From Clostridia bacterium (lineage in GTDB: Bacteria; Bacillota; Clostridia; Oscillospirales; CAG-382), in the NCBI GenBank assembly GCA_017447445.1, contig JAFSNK010000024.1, positions 30,877 to 94,876 on the forward strand: a stretch of DNA of 64,000 nucleotides, in the 5' to 3' direction. The position numbers and the translations under genes are program-made. Shown piece after piece: positions 62,572 through 64,000 of the stretch. Within the stretch, counting starts at the first letter, position 1, and each line of letters opens with the position of its first letter. The notes under the pieces are model-generated. The model did not search any database, was not told where the DNA came from, and saw only the letters and a list, made by a program, of their open reading frames with translations.

Positions 62572-62871
62572 ATGAAAGATGAATTTATCAGTAAAGTCGG
62601 AGTTTACGGTCAGATGCACTATCGGTATCTGAAAGAAGCAAGACCGTCGACAGTCAACGTGATGCGGATGAAAGGCACGCTGAGGTCGTATCTCGAAGAG
62701 GTCAACGCGGATGCAGAGGAAATGCTTGCCCGGCTTGAAACCGAAATGGCAAAGAACGAGGGCGTGACCGAAGCGCTCAAACGGCAGGATCAGATGGAAT
62801 GGGTTGCGCGAAAGAACAACATCCGTGCTCGCGCGATGGAGATCGTACTGGCGGAGGTGATCTATGTATGA
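62572..62871 (+). CDS. tnpV: TnpV-like transposon protein (second paralog, opposite orientation)
   Basis: MKDEFISKVGVYGQMHYRYLKEARPSTVNVMRMKGTLRSYLEEVNADAEEM..NEGVTEALKRQDQMEWVARKNNIRARAMEIVLAEVI. It is roughly half identical by eye to the 51820-52116 product. Confidence 0.7.
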   Translation: MKDEFISKVGVYGQMHYRYLKEARPSTVNVMRMKGTLRSYLEEVNADAEEMLARLETEMAKNEGVTEALKRQDQMEWVARKNNIRARAMEIVLAEVIYV

Positions 62872-63134
62872 CATTACTTGAAAACCTATGGTACGGCAAC
62901 GTCGATCCGCACGAAACTTTTCTTGACGGAAACCGACAGTTCAAATCTCTGCTCGCGCTACTCGGGAAAAATCGAAACACGCTGGAAGAAACGTTGACCG
63001 ATCTGCAAAAAGAAACGCTTGAAAAGTACGACGATGTCAACAACGAAATGCACTCGCTTGCCGAAGTCGAGGCGTTCTCCTACGGCTTCCGGCTCGGAGT
63101 TCAGCTGATGATCGAGGCAAAGGACAAGATATAA
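62868..63134 (+). CDS. Small hypothetical protein coupled to tnpV-2
   Basis: 88 aa starting MTLLENLWYGNVDPHE... ATGA overlap with the tnpV-2 stop. Confidence 0.5.
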   Translation: MTLLENLWYGNVDPHETFLDGNRQFKSLLALLGKNRNTLEETLTDLQKETLEKYDDVNNEMHSLAEVEAFSYGFRLGVQLMIEAKDKI

Positions 63135-63223
63135 TAAACCGATTTATAAAGACTGCCCCCACTTTTGAATGTGAGAGCTGTCTTTGAGACAAATCTTATA
63201 ACGAGAACTAAGAAAGCCGGCGG

Positions 63224-63901
63224 TCACACATCGGCTTTCTTCTTGGTCGTATTCTTTTGCGTGAGTTTCAGCAGCTCTTTCAGCCAGTAACCGATCCAGG
63301 CAAACAGGACGATCATCGCGGCGTATTCGCCGAAGACGAGGATCAGCGGTTTGCCGAAATCGAAGAAAACGAACTGCGTCTGCAGGAACATATATTCGTA
63401 CAGGCGGTTGGTTATGAACGCGTAAACGCCGAACCCGGCGATAGCCGTGAGGACGGCGGTGAGCGCGATAAACGTCGCTTTTTTCTTTTTCAGCCGACCG
63501 AACCACATATCGGCGTGGAGCCCCGCGTGGAAGCTCATCAGTGCAAAGCCCCAATAGGACAGAAGCAGATGCGCCGTGCGCGCGACAGCGGAAAGTCCTT
63601 CTGTCGGCAGGAAGGTATAAAGATGCTTTGACATCACGATCCCGCTGAGCGGCAGGAATATCATCACGACGAAAAGCAGCAGGTTGACGATTGTGTTCAG
63701 CACCCTCACGGGAGATTGCTTCCCTTTGAACGCCGCCGCCGTCGCTTTGCGGTTGAGAACGTGGTGTGCAATGAACAGCACGAGCATCGCGGTACCGACG
63801 ATCTCGTGAAGCGTCTCGCCGACGAGCGAATACGCCATCAGCACCGGCAGAGCGGCGATCATAAGGATATCGAGGATGATTTTAACGGTTTTCTTTTTCA
63901 T
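63224..63901 (-). CDS. Polytopic membrane protein (DUF4405 / cytochrome-b-like)
   Basis: MKKKTVKIILDILMIAALPVLMAYSLVGETLHEIVGTAMLVLFIAHHVLN.. with 4-5 TM segments and conserved His residues. Confidence 0.6.
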   Translation of the reverse strand: MKKKTVKIILDILMIAALPVLMAYSLVGETLHEIVGTAMLVLFIAHHVLNRKATAAAFKGKQSPVRVLNTIVNLLLFVVMIFLPLSGIVMSKHLYTFLPTEGLSAVARTAHLLLSYWGFALMSFHAGLHADMWFGRLKKKKATFIALTAVLTAIAGFGVYAFITNRLYEYMFLQTQFVFFDFGKPLILVFGEYAAMIVLFAWIGYWLKELLKLTQKNTTKKKADV

Positions 63902-63902
63902 A

Positions 63903-64000
63903 TCAGCGAACGGTCAGTCCCATCTCATACGCTTCCTTGAACGCCGGGCTGTCCTTGATCTCTCCGGGTTTGTAAACGCCGGTGCCGTAGACGACGCCCA
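63903..64000 (-). CDS. 3' end of an upstream gene (flavodoxin-fold/FMN-reductase-like C-terminus), partial at the window edge
   Basis: Not in the ORF track. Reverse translation gives ..GVVYGTGVYKPGEIKDSPAFKEAYEMGLTVR*, with the stop at 63905-63903, 1 nt before the next start. Confidence 0.4.
   Translation of the reverse strand, partial: GVVYGTGVYKPGEIKDSPAFKEAYEMGLTVR

Larger units (their letters stand above)
30887..63140. mobile_element. Accessory island beside tRNA-Pro: integrative-mobilizable-element backbone plus toxin and defence cargo; possibly two tandem elements; right boundary unresolved
   Basis: Base composition and codon usage change abruptly by eye after tRNA-Pro. Contains a serine recombinase, ParB-like protein, relaxase, MobC, two tnpV paralogs, RHS cassettes and a type I R-M system. 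No flanking att repeats could be identified by eye. Confidence 0.55.

Overview
The window looks like a high-G+C, spore-forming Clostridia-type chromosome. The taxon is inferred only from gene content (ylbJ, yqfC, yqfD, a bifurcating-type [FeFe] hydrogenase). All calls rest on manual translation, motif recognition and hand folding; no searches or computations were run. Region 1-30.9 kb is core genome. It holds a nitrogen-assimilation locus: glnN (GSIII, partial, absent from the ORF track) diverges from a split three-gene glutamate synthase, glnA and an ANTAR regulator. Both leaders carry terminator/antiterminator hairpins that share an A..G hexaloop. Next come tRNA-Leu(GAG) with a duplicated 3' end 217 bp away, then sporulation genes, pepV, a DivIVA protein, an SDR, an alanine:cation symporter, a P-type ATPase, an SGNH esterase, rpmE, hflX, yegP and a GH13 glucosidase. 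A 10-gene [FeFe]-hydrogenase operon follows, with a sensory-hydrogenase-like/GHKL/DRTGG/PHP module sitting between the NuoE-like gene and the NuoF/HydA genes. tRNA-Pro(UGG) at 30.8 kb marks the start of a visibly lower-G+C accessory island that runs to at least 63 kb. The island has an integrative-mobilizable backbone: large serine recombinase, ParB-like protein, MobA/VirD2 relaxase, MobC, an oriT-like repeat region, and AraC-like and sigma-r4-like regulators. Its cargo includes a 2086-aa Sec-signal RHS/WapA-like polymorphic toxin with an HExxH C-terminal domain and a lipoprotein immunity candidate. Two orphan rhs-CT/immunity cassettes follow; one is interrupted by TAG and the other has a TM-rich region, a HINT domain and a small toxin. 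Two inverted tnpV paralogs then bracket a defence-type block: Fic translationally coupled to a type I R-M system, an unassigned HEPN-like gene between hsdR and hsdM, a DUF4145-like gene flanked by duplicated hsdS 3' ends, and an HTH + macrodomain pair. No CRISPR array or rRNA was seen.
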